Below, in pieces: positions 25,101 through 37,600 of a stretch of DNA of 64,000 nucleotides. Made by a program: the position numbers and the translations under genes. The stretch spans positions 372,378-436,377 of the forward strand of contig JAQGDQ010000181.1 in assembly GCA_030141605.1 (NCBI GenBank), written 5' to 3'. The notes beneath the pieces were generated by a model. That model saw only the letters and a list, made by a program, of their open reading frames with translations. It searched no databases and was not told the origin of the DNA. Source of the DNA: Tubiluchus corallicola (Eukaryota > Animalia > Priapulida). Positions within the stretch are counted from its first letter, which is position 1; each line of letters starts with the position of its first letter.

Positions 25101-28100
25101 TTTCTTTGTTTTAAATCCATTGCTATCAATTATCTTTTTAAAACAGTTCTTGTAAAAGAAAACTTGTTGCCTGACAAGTTCTAGCTTCACTAGAAAGCTC
25201 TGATCTCTGATATGACAGTCTGGAATCTTATTGTTGCTTCTTAATGACATTATTTTGCCTCACTGTAAAAATCCGTGATGCCGTTATTCATTACCTTCTA
25301 AATAAACATTTTATAATTATACGGAACCTGTTCACACTGTGTTTGCTTGTTTCAGTTGAGAACAGATTTGAGCTTTGTTATTTTCTGCCTATTTTCCTGT
25401 GTGGTGCCATGTGGTCTCTTTCAAGAGGATTCAAGGTGTCCTTGTATGAGCTAGGCAGAGTTCAGCAGAAAAGTCAGTAACTGTGTTTAGAAATGTTTCA
25501 GTATGCAGTGCAAGCTGTCAAATTAACTCGTGGATGAAAATAGGCACAGTCTTGCTGTGTGTTTGATCCTCGAAAATATTTGTCATTCTTATTCATTGAT
25601 TTATTACTAATCAGTTTAATAATAATAATAATAATCATAATAATAAATTTATTTATTATACACAATATGTCTTAAAGCACTTTACAGCAATTGAGAAGAT
25701 GTTACAACTGCAAAGTTAAATTACGAAGTTAAAAATATACCTTCACAAACTTCAACAAATCATCAAACTTTGCACTAACAAAATAGCAGGAAGTTATCAA
25801 AATTGAATGACAGAATGAGACAAATTAAGAGAATGACAATGACAATCCGAAGTTAGAGAAACAATCTTAAAATGTCTTTGTTAAAACTAATAAACTTGTC
25901 ATTAATCGTTACGCAAAATTAAAGTTAATAAAATAGTTATTTAAACATTAAAGAGATGGGTTTTTGAGTGTTTTCTAAAAAGTGCAAAATCATTAATACA
26001 TCATAATGTGTTGGGGAGGTTAGTTACGCAAAATTAAAGTTAATAAAATGTCAAATAGTTGATTGGAGGAACGAGTCTGATGTTCATCATCGCTTTCCTG
26101 TTATGAGCTGTAAGCTACCGTTCCACGTTAGTCTCTGTTTTCTAGTTGACCTTTCCCAGCATTCTCTTGGGTTACACATTCAACTGAGATTTTGTGTGGC
26201 TGAAAATACAAGTTCCTTACTTATTATGGTCATCACCTGGTCCAGGATTCTAGACTCCAAACAGCCATGTATAATAACTTAACAGATACGCAGCTACACA
26301 GCTATTGTTACGTATTCATGTATATTGTGATTAACGTGGTATAACTTTTTACCCGCTTCATAATTTTAGGTATTTTAAAAGTATTAAAATGAAGTTGTAT
26401 AGCTTTGTACTATATGATAAGACATTAATAATGAATGTATTCGAACTTTCGTATTCGTATCTGACTGGTCCTTATTCTTTTCCCTATTTTTCGGAAATGT
26501 GCCCTCGCGAATTCAGTTAAAGAAGACATCGGTTAAAGAGTCACAGGTAAAAATGTCGTAGAAAAAAAAAGAAATAACCCTAGCCATAATTAATTGTGAC
26601 TTTGTTACTGGTAAGACGCAGTTAAAGGGAAATCTTTCATATTTGCAATTATTTACATATTTGAGCTTGTGAAGCCTATAGAACAGCAAACTGAGTCTGC
26701 AAATCCTTACAGTCAACAAATGATATTATCTGTCTGGCAATGAATTGTCAGTTATGACGTAAATCTCTTAAAGCATTCTCATATTTAACGATGTTAGTTG
26801 GCCATGGACAAGACACGCGTCACTGATGACGGTAAAGCATGCATTGCATGACCTAGTTTTACTCGTTTTGTAAATCCTAAGTTGCTCGCCCTTTCCCACT
26901 TTCGCTGTTAAATGCCAGACGTGCCTGCCTGGTAAACTATGCAAAGGAAATCCGATACAGGTCGAGTTTGGCGACACGTACTCCTAGTTTTTGGGCGATA
27001 CTAGGCGAGAAACTTGTAGCCCGAGGTTTTCATAGATCACCGGCTACCTTAAACCATTTATTTATTACCCAATTTTATTTACTCTATGATTATCAGGTTG
27101 ACAAGTTTTTAAATGTGGCTGCTCAGTACTTGTCTTTGTTATCTCCAGGTCTCTTGCTTTTGGCTTCTTTTATTGTGCTTCAGCTGCATCTCTGTAAATG
27201 AACTTCTAGTGAGTGTTGTGAACATCAGCGCTGTTTAATAAGCCAGTGAACGGTTGCTGAACTTCGCAATTTTACTACTCATTTCCCTTTTCCAAGTCTG
27301 TCCCACGCCTGACCTGAAAAGAAGGACGGTTCAATACTGTAATGAATTCTAGCAAAAGCGAGAGAAAGTATTTGATGGAACTGATTTCTTGTTCTAATGG
27401 GCGTGTTCTCCTGCTACAACAGTTACTATTCTACAGTTTGCTCTGTCTGTGAACTCGTGTACAGTTTAATGCACTGTGTTTGACCTGTTGTCTGGGTTGC
27501 ATTGCACTGTACAGAGCGGTTGTAGATCATTTTTAGAAATTGAGTGTGTTAAATTACGATGAATCCTGAATAAAAATAACCCGTCGTCTACCTTAGCCTG
27601 GCCTGACTTTGTTCTTTTTTCTGTCTAAATTGTGCTGTGTGGAAAATTTCAAGTTTTCCAAATGGACGCCTTTCTCTTTTCGATTATTTTTTATTAATTT
27701 TATTTTTTGAGAGTTAAAAATACGTAATGTTAGCTAATAGGAGTTGCAAATATAGAATATAGCTTTTTAAATTACGTAGAAAAATGTGTGTAAAATAAAA
27801 TACTTGAGAAAAATTGTAAGTTATTTGCCTATTATAAGGAACAAAGAATATTGCAATGGAGGCAAAGTTAATTATATACAAAACACACGTACAAATTTGT
27901 ATCAAGCATCCAGGTAGTTTTAATTCAAACCTGTAGATTGTTATTCATTACAAATTTATGATTAGTGATACTGATAAGCTTCTATATTATTAATGATGTT
28001 GTGGGGTTTTACGTTTAACCATAATCAGTCAAAATCAACAATAAAAGTAGTTTAATGTCAGTTTATTTTAATTTCTTGCAGACAGATGGCGTGTATGGCA

Positions 28101-28624
28101 ATGGGAGGTTAATGCACACAGCTTCTTCACTAGTGGTGAGTTATTTTATTCAAGGCTGTCCGTATCTAAGTAGCTGTTAATTATGTGCAGATTTATTAAA
28201 TTACTACCACGTAATCATGGCAGGCTGTTCTGGACGATGTGGTCATCCTGATCTCCGCAGGGCTTTTTCACTGCCCATTTTGTAGTCACTGTAAAGTTGT
28301 GACTAAAAATAAAAATTTGAAGAGTCAATGTATATGTATTCCATTGGTAGTAACTTTTTGCGAGAAAATTCTGAATATTCCATCATTTGCAAATGAGCCC
28401 TTTTCTTGTTTTTTAATATATTACTAGCTTCTGTTAATTCAAAAATAATTTCAGTAATTGGCAATATTAGCTTTCTGTGCTGGCAGTGGCACATAATGTA
28501 TAATATGCTGACATGTACTGTCTGAAAGTGGAAGCACATGTGGTGCCCAGGCTTTGAAACACAGATTAGGTACTCAACACTAAGACAGTGTGGCCAGAAG
28601 CTTAATATGGGAATAGTCTCTCTC

Positions 28625-28682
<58 letters not shown>

Positions 28683-31600
28683 TTTCTGTCTTTCTCTGTC
28701 TGTCTCTCTCTTTTGCTCTAACTTTTTAAGCCTGAATTTTTTCTCACCATATTTGTATTAGTACTACTATGTTTTTGGTAAATAAGTGTCCCTTCAAATA
28801 AAAGAAATACAAACATTTGACCTTGGTTTGGTTAACTAGTTGCATTTGTATTATAAACTTCTGTGTAAAGGTAAAACGCCTGAGTGACTTATTTGTGTTA
28901 AATTTCCTGTTACTTGAGTCTTTGTCAGTATGCTGGTATGTTGTGTTAATGGGTTGTAACAAAACTATGACCCGTGGCGGAATTTATGGTTTATGTATGT
29001 CTGGCAACGGAGTATTTCTGGTGCTGTACACTGCACTGTACCCGGTCGATGCACCCTGGGCCTAGTTCTACGTACATAATTCCGTATACTACAAATACTT
29101 TAGGTAGACCTCAAGAAAAATATTATCCAAAGGGCGCTCCTTATCTAATGTTATTAACGTTAATCTAATGATTGGTATGACAGTATTATATTTCTGTGAT
29201 CAACAATTTTGTTAATATTATTTTAAATTATACTGTATTGTGGAATATGCTTGGATGATATGCATTTTGTCTTGTTGTTTGATTGAAAAGTTGATGTGTA
29301 TAAAATAAAGTTGTGTGCATTAATATGTAAAGGCTTGTTGGCATGGAAACTGTACTACACTTTTCCTTTGTAATCAAATTTACTGTGATCATCTCAAACT
29401 TCACTTAGTTCATTATAAAATTTAATTAAGAAATGTATGAAGATCACAGCAATGTACTTCACAGTGGAAAAAAAATTTGAGATCCTACCCCATTCTTATT
29501 TCTTGTCGAAAATTATATTTGATTACCTATAAATAAATGGCTATAATAATAAAATAGTGTCCGTGATAATTACTTATATATTAGTTTACAAGCTTAATTA
29601 ATAGCCAGAGAGTGTGCAGATGAAATTCTCTAATGACAAAAACCGTCCATGAACATTTGGAAATAGAAAAGATCAAAATTTTTGTACTCATTTATACTTA
29701 TTGGGAACAAAGTGAGTGGCCAAAATAAAACTTTGGACAATTATGCGTAAATTAACATCATAATGTGCAGCTGGATTTGTGGTTAACATCCATGTTGTCT
29801 ACCTACCTTGGTCTAAGCTGTTGCAAACTTCTGTCTCAAATTTTTTGTCTAGTGTATGGTTGTTTTTCCATTTCTTGTTTTGTTTTCATTGTTCTGCTTT
29901 TCCCGCCGCTGGTGCTGTCTCTCTCCTTTCCCTCTCTCTTTGCCTCCTCTCTCTCTCTCTCTTTCTCCTCCTCTCCCTCCCTGGCTCCTTCCCAAGTCAA
30001 ATTCTGGTGCTTTCTACCTTTTTTGTTATAGAAAACTTTGCTGAAACAGTATAACTCCAGAATTTCACTGCAAACCTTGCTATATCATAGTTTTGGTGTG
30101 TTCTAGAGATGATTTCTATAATTATTGTTTGTTAGAAAAACAATTATTTTAATTATGTATAAACTGCATGAAAATGTGTAGCTGTAAACTCGCTCATTAA
30201 ATTCAGTTCGTTTTAGTAAAGTTTATTACCTTATTCTGCAAATTACTGGTATTGGTCTTTTGCGCATAATTGAAAGTTATTTTTGTTTGTTTTATCAGGG
30301 TGTTGTAGTTCAAATCCAAGCAAGAAATGGTGATATTTTTGAGGGAGTATTTAGAACTTTTTCCAACAAGGTAAAAAGGACTATATAATTATCAGTAATA
30401 ACTAAGAAACTTAAATATGGAATTTTAATTGCCTATTTTCATTATTATGTTAATGTATTTTTTAAGCTAAATGATTATTTCATGTAAAACTGTCTACGTT
30501 GTCTATAATTTAAATTCTCCAGTATAAAGCACCATTCAGTGTTGCACCGTTTTCACATACCTTCTTTTTAATTTTTTTAAACTTAAAAATGATTAACAGA
30601 AAGAATAAGCAGATGTATAAATGCATGTAGTTTATATCAGGTGGTGCAGAAATGCTATACAGTATTGATTATGATATTATAGGAAGAAAATAACAGGATT
30701 TCTTGAAAATTACCATATTGCGTGAACTTATGTGCAAAGACCGAAAGGTTAAATCCGATTTTTTTCTGGCAAATAAATCTTTATCAGTACTTCGTTTATT
30801 GTTGTGAAGACAATAATATAGATGATTTCTTTATTCTTTTGCTCCCGTGTAACTTTAAAACCGGTAAAGCTATGAACTTGCCAAAAGATTTACATTTCAC
30901 GGCCAAAAGATAATATATCGAAATGCTGCAACTTTGTAGGGCACTTACATCTACTGTAGTCTAAATTTCAGCGTATTTTTTCTGCGTCATCCGATAGTTA
31001 AGCTTTTGACATGAATACATGTTTATCACAACAAAATAGAGACTCGGCTCTGTGTTTATGTTTTTCTTCATATAGCAAGCAGAGTGAAAGTTACTACTAT
31101 AGTTGTTATTAAGTGTTGTGGTTTGTTTTTAAATTAATTTTGAAAGCTTTATTCTTTTGTTAGTTTGAAATTGTGCTTGAAATGGCACACAAGGTGGATC
31201 CCGATGATCGAAGCATCAAAATTCCCGCACGTTCACGGGTGATCGAGGTTCTTATCATGCCCATGACTGATGTAGTCATGGTGACAGCTTTGAACGTTGA
31301 TCTAGACTATGCCGTAAAAGGTAAATAAAAACAAGAACGTTGGTAACCTAAAGTAAAAACAAATGTAAGCGTAAATTGAATATGTTTTTTTTGCACATTG
31401 TTAGAACATTACAGTAAGCCCACTATTCGTGAGAAAAATGTTGTAGCATTTTGGAGGAGCTACGGATCTTGCATAACAAAACCGATTTGAGATAACTAGA
31501 AATCAAAAAGGTTTGCCATGTTGCAATGACATGCTTGGGGTAAATAAGGGTGACTCTACCTATAATCTCATACAAATGATAATTGTAAATGCTTCAGTTT

Positions 31601-34600
31601 CTTAAAATTTGAGTATGAAAACAGATCTTCGCTGCCAGTCACTGGCCTGCAATTTATGACAAGCTTCCCCACCAATAAAGTTTCTACTTGCTTGACAGTG
31701 TATATATTCTTTGTACAACTCCATCTACCATCACTTTTCACACGGAGAATTGAAAACAATTTGTGCGTTATTCGTCCAACGTTTGGTAAATGTCTCTCAT
31801 TGCCGGGTATCTGACCTGCAATATTACTATACTTTGCCATGCAGGTATATCAAAATTGTTTCTCTTCATTTCACACTTGTCTCTTAGGCGTTTCACGTCT
31901 GTCCCTGCTGCGGGCAGAAATGAGAAAAGACGATAAATAATTTTCGGAGGTGTTTTCATACATTTATGTTTTGCTTGTAGTGACCATAAATTCAAAATCT
32001 ACGAATAGTGGGTATGACTGCACGTTGCACAGCACTGTTCTTTAGTAAGCACTTTTCAGAAATAGACGTATTATAAGGTTTCAAAACTTTGATCAGGGGT
32101 GCCCAAATTATCTGTAAGTTTCAATTACATAGGAATAAATGACCGATAATTGATTTTGCAGTAGTAAGGTGTACTTCAGTTAAAATGCTTGGTATTAAGC
32201 ATATACAATTCATGCTGTAGCATGATGATAGACCAAGTACGTACAGAATGGAACCTTTTAGTAACTCTGGAAGTAACTTCGGTAATTTGGGTTCCAGGTG
32301 AACAAATAGGGAGTACTATTATAAAAAGTAATTATTTAACAAGACATGGTTGGGAATTGAACCCTAGCTTTCCAGGTACAAGATAGATTCTCTGTTGTTC
32401 TGGTGCAGATATAGTGAGCGATATTAAATACATTTGTGGTATCCATAAACGAAAATGATTCATTTTTAACGAAAACAGTTATCTGATGATTATTCTATTG
32501 TTTGTTTGTTGTTTTAGTAGATATCAGTACAAAGAACTATTTTCAAAAAAAATCAACTGAAAACAATCAGTGCCTTTCTACGATAAAGATTACTACAGCC
32601 ATTGATTACTACAAGAAGTACTTGTTATTATTTGTCTAATTTTTGGGCACCCCTGTACAAATGCACGTGAACTTGTAGCACGGAATTTCGAAGTTTTTGT
32701 AGCCAATAGTGTGTTTCTTTGTAAACCCAGATTCCCTTGCTGCTGAGGCCAATGTTCTATAATTTATTTATATCTATATTGTCCTCTGTATTTATTTTGC
32801 ATGGACTGCAATCGATGTTATTTATTCTTCTCTCCAGACAACTCAGCTGGCCAGGGCAAAGGAAAAGGTGAGGCTTCATTTTCTATTAGTTGTTAAATAC
32901 CTTCCCTATTGTAATATTCAATGAGTATTTGCATCGTCGCTGCGCTGTGATGTAGATTTAGCTGAGGGGTGCAAAAACAACTGTTTAATCAGTGTAAAAT
33001 TTACACATCTATTTATTTATTGATTAAACAATGCCCTGTGAACTAAAATGTAGAGAGTATTGTATAATCTTTTAAGCAATAGTATTCGTAGTATAGAAGT
33101 TGTTAGTATTCTCTGTACCTTTTGTGGTTGAAATTCTAATGAGCTAGCATTAGAAGAGACATAAAGTTGCCGTAGTAGAATAATATATGCAAAGAAATAA
33201 TATATGCAAAGAAATAATATATGCAAAGAAGTAATATATATTACTGCAATAGTATCTGCAGTAAAAGGTACCTGTTGCTTTAATGTGTCTCTGCGTATTA
33301 CATAAGGCAAGATGCTTACTGTTGTATTACAGCCTCTCTACCTATTCACTGCCTTTTGTGATTGAAATGAGCTGGCATTGGAATAATAAAATTGCCGCCG
33401 TAAAATAATATATGCAAAGAAATAAAATAATATATGCTGTGGTAAAAGATATTTGTTGCTTTAATGTGTTTCTGCATGTGACCTGACACGCACTGTTGAA
33501 TTACAGCCTACCTGCCTACTTGCTTTTTCAAAATTCATAATTCAAAACTCTGCTACATATTACATACCTATTTCACAAGTTACTCTTAGTATTACAAAAA
33601 TTTTAAGTTGTGTGCTGTGACATTGGCAGTGACTGCACCATTCCATTGCATGATTTTGTCAGAGTAAAAATTTGCACTGGTAGAATTCAAATTGCCGAAA
33701 TTACAGTCAGCAAAGCATGCCTTGATCCCGGCAGTATAACAGAGAACTTCTGTTTACAGCTAAACTATAATTACGTATGATTCAGTCTCGCTTTATACAA
33801 GTGGGTCTTGCTTTATTTATAATTTGAAACATAATGCGGTTGAAACACAAACATTCACAGAGCATAGTAAATTAACTCCAGAAGCTTTCTCTTGCATTTT
33901 AATTCAGTTGCCTTATTTGCACATTAGTGACTTTGATGTAATTAGTTTTTTGGGGTAATGTAACTTGTATTTTAGAGTCCAACGGGTTTCAGCATATTAA
34001 ATACTTTGAACTCTTTAAATAAAATTTTTTGTGAACTTATTAAAGTTATTGACGTGGCAAAGCTTATTATCTTTTGCCAGTGCATCAGTGAGGTGATTCT
34101 TATATGCATTTGAAATGATATAACTCAACCAGTTTCCTTTACACCGTACACTCGTTACAACATCTTTTTTGCATTTTTGTTAAAATTGGGTAAACTACTT
34201 TTTAATGCCGCATAAACCAAACAGAAACAGCAAAAACCATCTGAAAAAATACCATACAAGTTTTTTTCAGATGGTTTTTCAATTCGTTTTATTTTCAGAT
34301 GGCTTCACGGATACAGCAATTAGCAAATTTAACGGTGAAGTAAAGTCTCAAGAAATTAGGGAACTACAACCGTGGGTTGCTGAAGATCATGAAGTACCGT
34401 ATGATGATCGTAGTCAACCATTAGAAGCGGATACGTCCGTAAGTTTTGTCACTGGTAGAGTGCTAGGGCGTTTAAAAAGTGCAGTAGTGTTTTGATTATT
34501 TGAGTTTTTAATAGCAAACTTTTCTTATTCTCTTGTCACACTTTTTTGTATGAAGTACTTGTAGTGAATTACAACATAAGCTCTCTTAACAGCTTGTTGT

Positions 34601-37600
34601 AGTCTTCGTTATGTTTGGGATGACTAATATGCCTTTTCTTCATTTCTCTATTTGCTCTTTTTCTGTAGAATGGTTGGACACCAGATGAGATGTTTAAGCA
34701 AAATGAGGAAAAGTATGGTGTACAATCAACGTATGATCATACTCTAGCAGATTATACGTAAGTATACTACATAATCAACTTGATGACGAATCTAAAACAG
34801 TGTTGTAGGGTGTCTCTTTGTTTTCATACTTCATTTGTGTGCCACTTGCACTATTTTGCATTTCATTTTATTTTGCTCTTTAACCAGGTCAATTTCAGAC
34901 AGATTACTGCGTTCAGCACACATGAAAATCGCTCATAAATTTCATATAATAATTTTGTGGTTGAACTGTAACATGGCTTCTGTAAAGGAAAGTCTTGCTC
35001 TGACATTCTAACTGCTCAGCTGTAAGATTAACGCAAATTGAATGTCTTACAGGTACCAAACTAATTAAATTTTGGTTGTACAATATTTGCCTTCAACATT
35101 TGTGCATTATTAAGCTTTTTAATTAAGGCCGATAATAAAAATACGTCTGTTTCCGTCTAATTATCCGGTAGTATTTTTTATTGCACACCAGGCCTTAAAT
35201 TTCAGCAAAGTCGTTTTTTACTGCTAAGGTTCAGGGTTGCCATTTTGTATAATGCTGATTATCGTATTGGAGGCTAAAAAGTATCGTACTTTCCGCCAAA
35301 TCAGCGTATTAATGGCTGAGTAGTGTTGCCACTTATACCATAATTATCGGAACATACGTTCATACCATACATAAATGACTCTACAATCATTTAATAATAC
35401 AACACAAAAAACGAAAAACAAAGCGTGAAAAAATGTGCCTTAAAAATTTTAAAACATTACTGCTAACCAGTGGGAAATAAACAAACTTTGATTTCCGCTG
35501 ATTTTAAATATTCCACGATTCAGCTTTAAATATTCACAAAGCTTCAAGAAAGTTTTTTCCTTCCCTACTGACATCTTTTCAGCTCATGAAACGAATTTTT
35601 TTGTGGCCAGCCCAAAGGAAAGTGAAACCAGACAAAAGCAACTCTCAGCAACTCACGACCTTGATTATAGCATTACATGTGGTCTTTTTAGAAGTTGAGT
35701 GACGTATACTGCGAGTGCGAATTTTATATCAGCTATTAGATAGTTTGCTTTTGAGACATTAAGTACTCTATGTTAATAATGCTATACTAAGTACTCTATA
35801 ATAATGATGATGGTATACTTTTAGCACTCCTTTAGAAAAGAAAACTACAAAAGAGTATATACAGCGTGAAGCAGAAGCACAGCGAATAGCTGCTGAAATA
35901 GAAAGTAGCTCCGCCTATAAGTCGCGAATTAATTTAGAAATAACCGATAATGACGATGAGGCAAGATACAGTGCTGTAATGCGGCCCAGCAATGATCGGA
36001 GGTCGGATCCCCGCGAACCAAAGTAAGTATGAAATGTGATGCTTCAAACTCACAATTATAGATTGGTACAAACTTGCAATTATAGTTTGGTACTAACTCA
36101 CAATTATAGATTGGTACAAACTTGCAATTACAGTTTGGTACAAACTCACAATTATAGATTGGTACAAACTTGCAATTATAGTTTGGTACAAACTCACAAT
36201 TATAGATTGGTACAAACTCGCAATTATAGATTGGTACAGTCTCACAATTATAGATTGGTGCAAGCTCACAATTATGCAACTTATAAATAACTGAAGTATG
36301 AAACGTACTGCCAACTAATCTCCTCAAGTGTGATTTAGGCTTCGAGGATTTGAACTGAGAAATCGTTGCAAATTACTTGATAAACACTATTTTAGTTAAA
36401 GGAGAAGAAAAGACTATTTTAAAGTAGATCTCAAAAAACGTTCCACATAAAGTTATATTATGTAACATTATGCTTATCTGCTTGAAAGACTTATGTAACT
36501 AGAAAAGAAAATTCTTGATAATTTAAAATGTTTGCTCCACCTTGTAAAATGTCACTAACTCACTTTCCCAGTGTGCACCAAAAAATATATTTTTAACCTC
36601 ATTGACAAGATACAGAAATTTATATTTTTGCTTGATTAGGAAAGAGTGTGCTACGAATGTTCTGATTATTTTTTTAAACTTTTCCCAACATCATCTAAAC
36701 TTGTTTCAAAATGATTTATTGTCAAAATGTCTGCACCTAATAAAGGGTTTTCTTGTTCTTTAAACAAGTGTCACGGTATAAAGTTTTAAGCAGTTGAGGA
36801 TAAAAGCAAATTAAAGGTAGAGCAAATTAGCCATTCATTTCTCTCATAGTATCTTTATCATTAATGTTTTGCTTTGTGTCACTTTAATGTTTTAATGGAA
36901 CTATTAATTAGGAATATATTCTGTTTTTCGTTGTTTTTATTAGTACCGGTCGGTACGTAATTCCCGTGCGACGAGGACAGCCTGGGGCAAGGGCACCACG
37001 GACCACGCCACCTCTGCAGTCGGTCTCGCCAAACAAACCCCCACCTGCACAACAGCCATCACCTGCTACTATAGAAGATACCGAAGCTAAAATAAATGGA
37101 GGTAATTCGATTGATTATACAGTCTGATTTTGATTTGCATTTAATCACCTCAGTCATTGTTTAAACTGATGCATTTTTCTGCTAGACAGAGATGTTTTTA
37201 GGTATGATTATTTTGTTCACGGTCTGACAACATGTGACTGTGTGACCTTATCCGATGAAAATTTGCCTTGGATCATTGATTTTCTTGCCTGCAAAATCTC
37301 GTGTGGCTTGTATTGGATATCAAAATATATAAAAGACATCTTTTATGTCAGATGTCATCATAACATAAACAGCAGAATTTTGTTAATTTTAGGTTTTTAA
37401 AATTTACACATTTGAATACACAGAAACATAATTACACTTGCAACCAGCAGTCTAGTGGTAGTTGTTTTATTATTTTAACTCTCCTTGCATAATAATTTTT
37501 TATCCCTCACCTTTGGGTGCCCTTGTGTGCTGTAACGAAACAACGTACACTGCTTGTACAGCATGATATCTGCTTCTAATACAAACACACTTAGTATTTG

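Noticed and set aside
19180-28135. Polyglutamine tract expected from human ATXN2
   Set aside because: None present; the N-terminus before the LSm domain is short, which is unremarkable outside mammals.
36044-36276. 24-bp array as a possible CRISPR array or repeat protein
   Set aside because: No unique spacers, eukaryotic intron context, no cas genes; a simple minisatellite.
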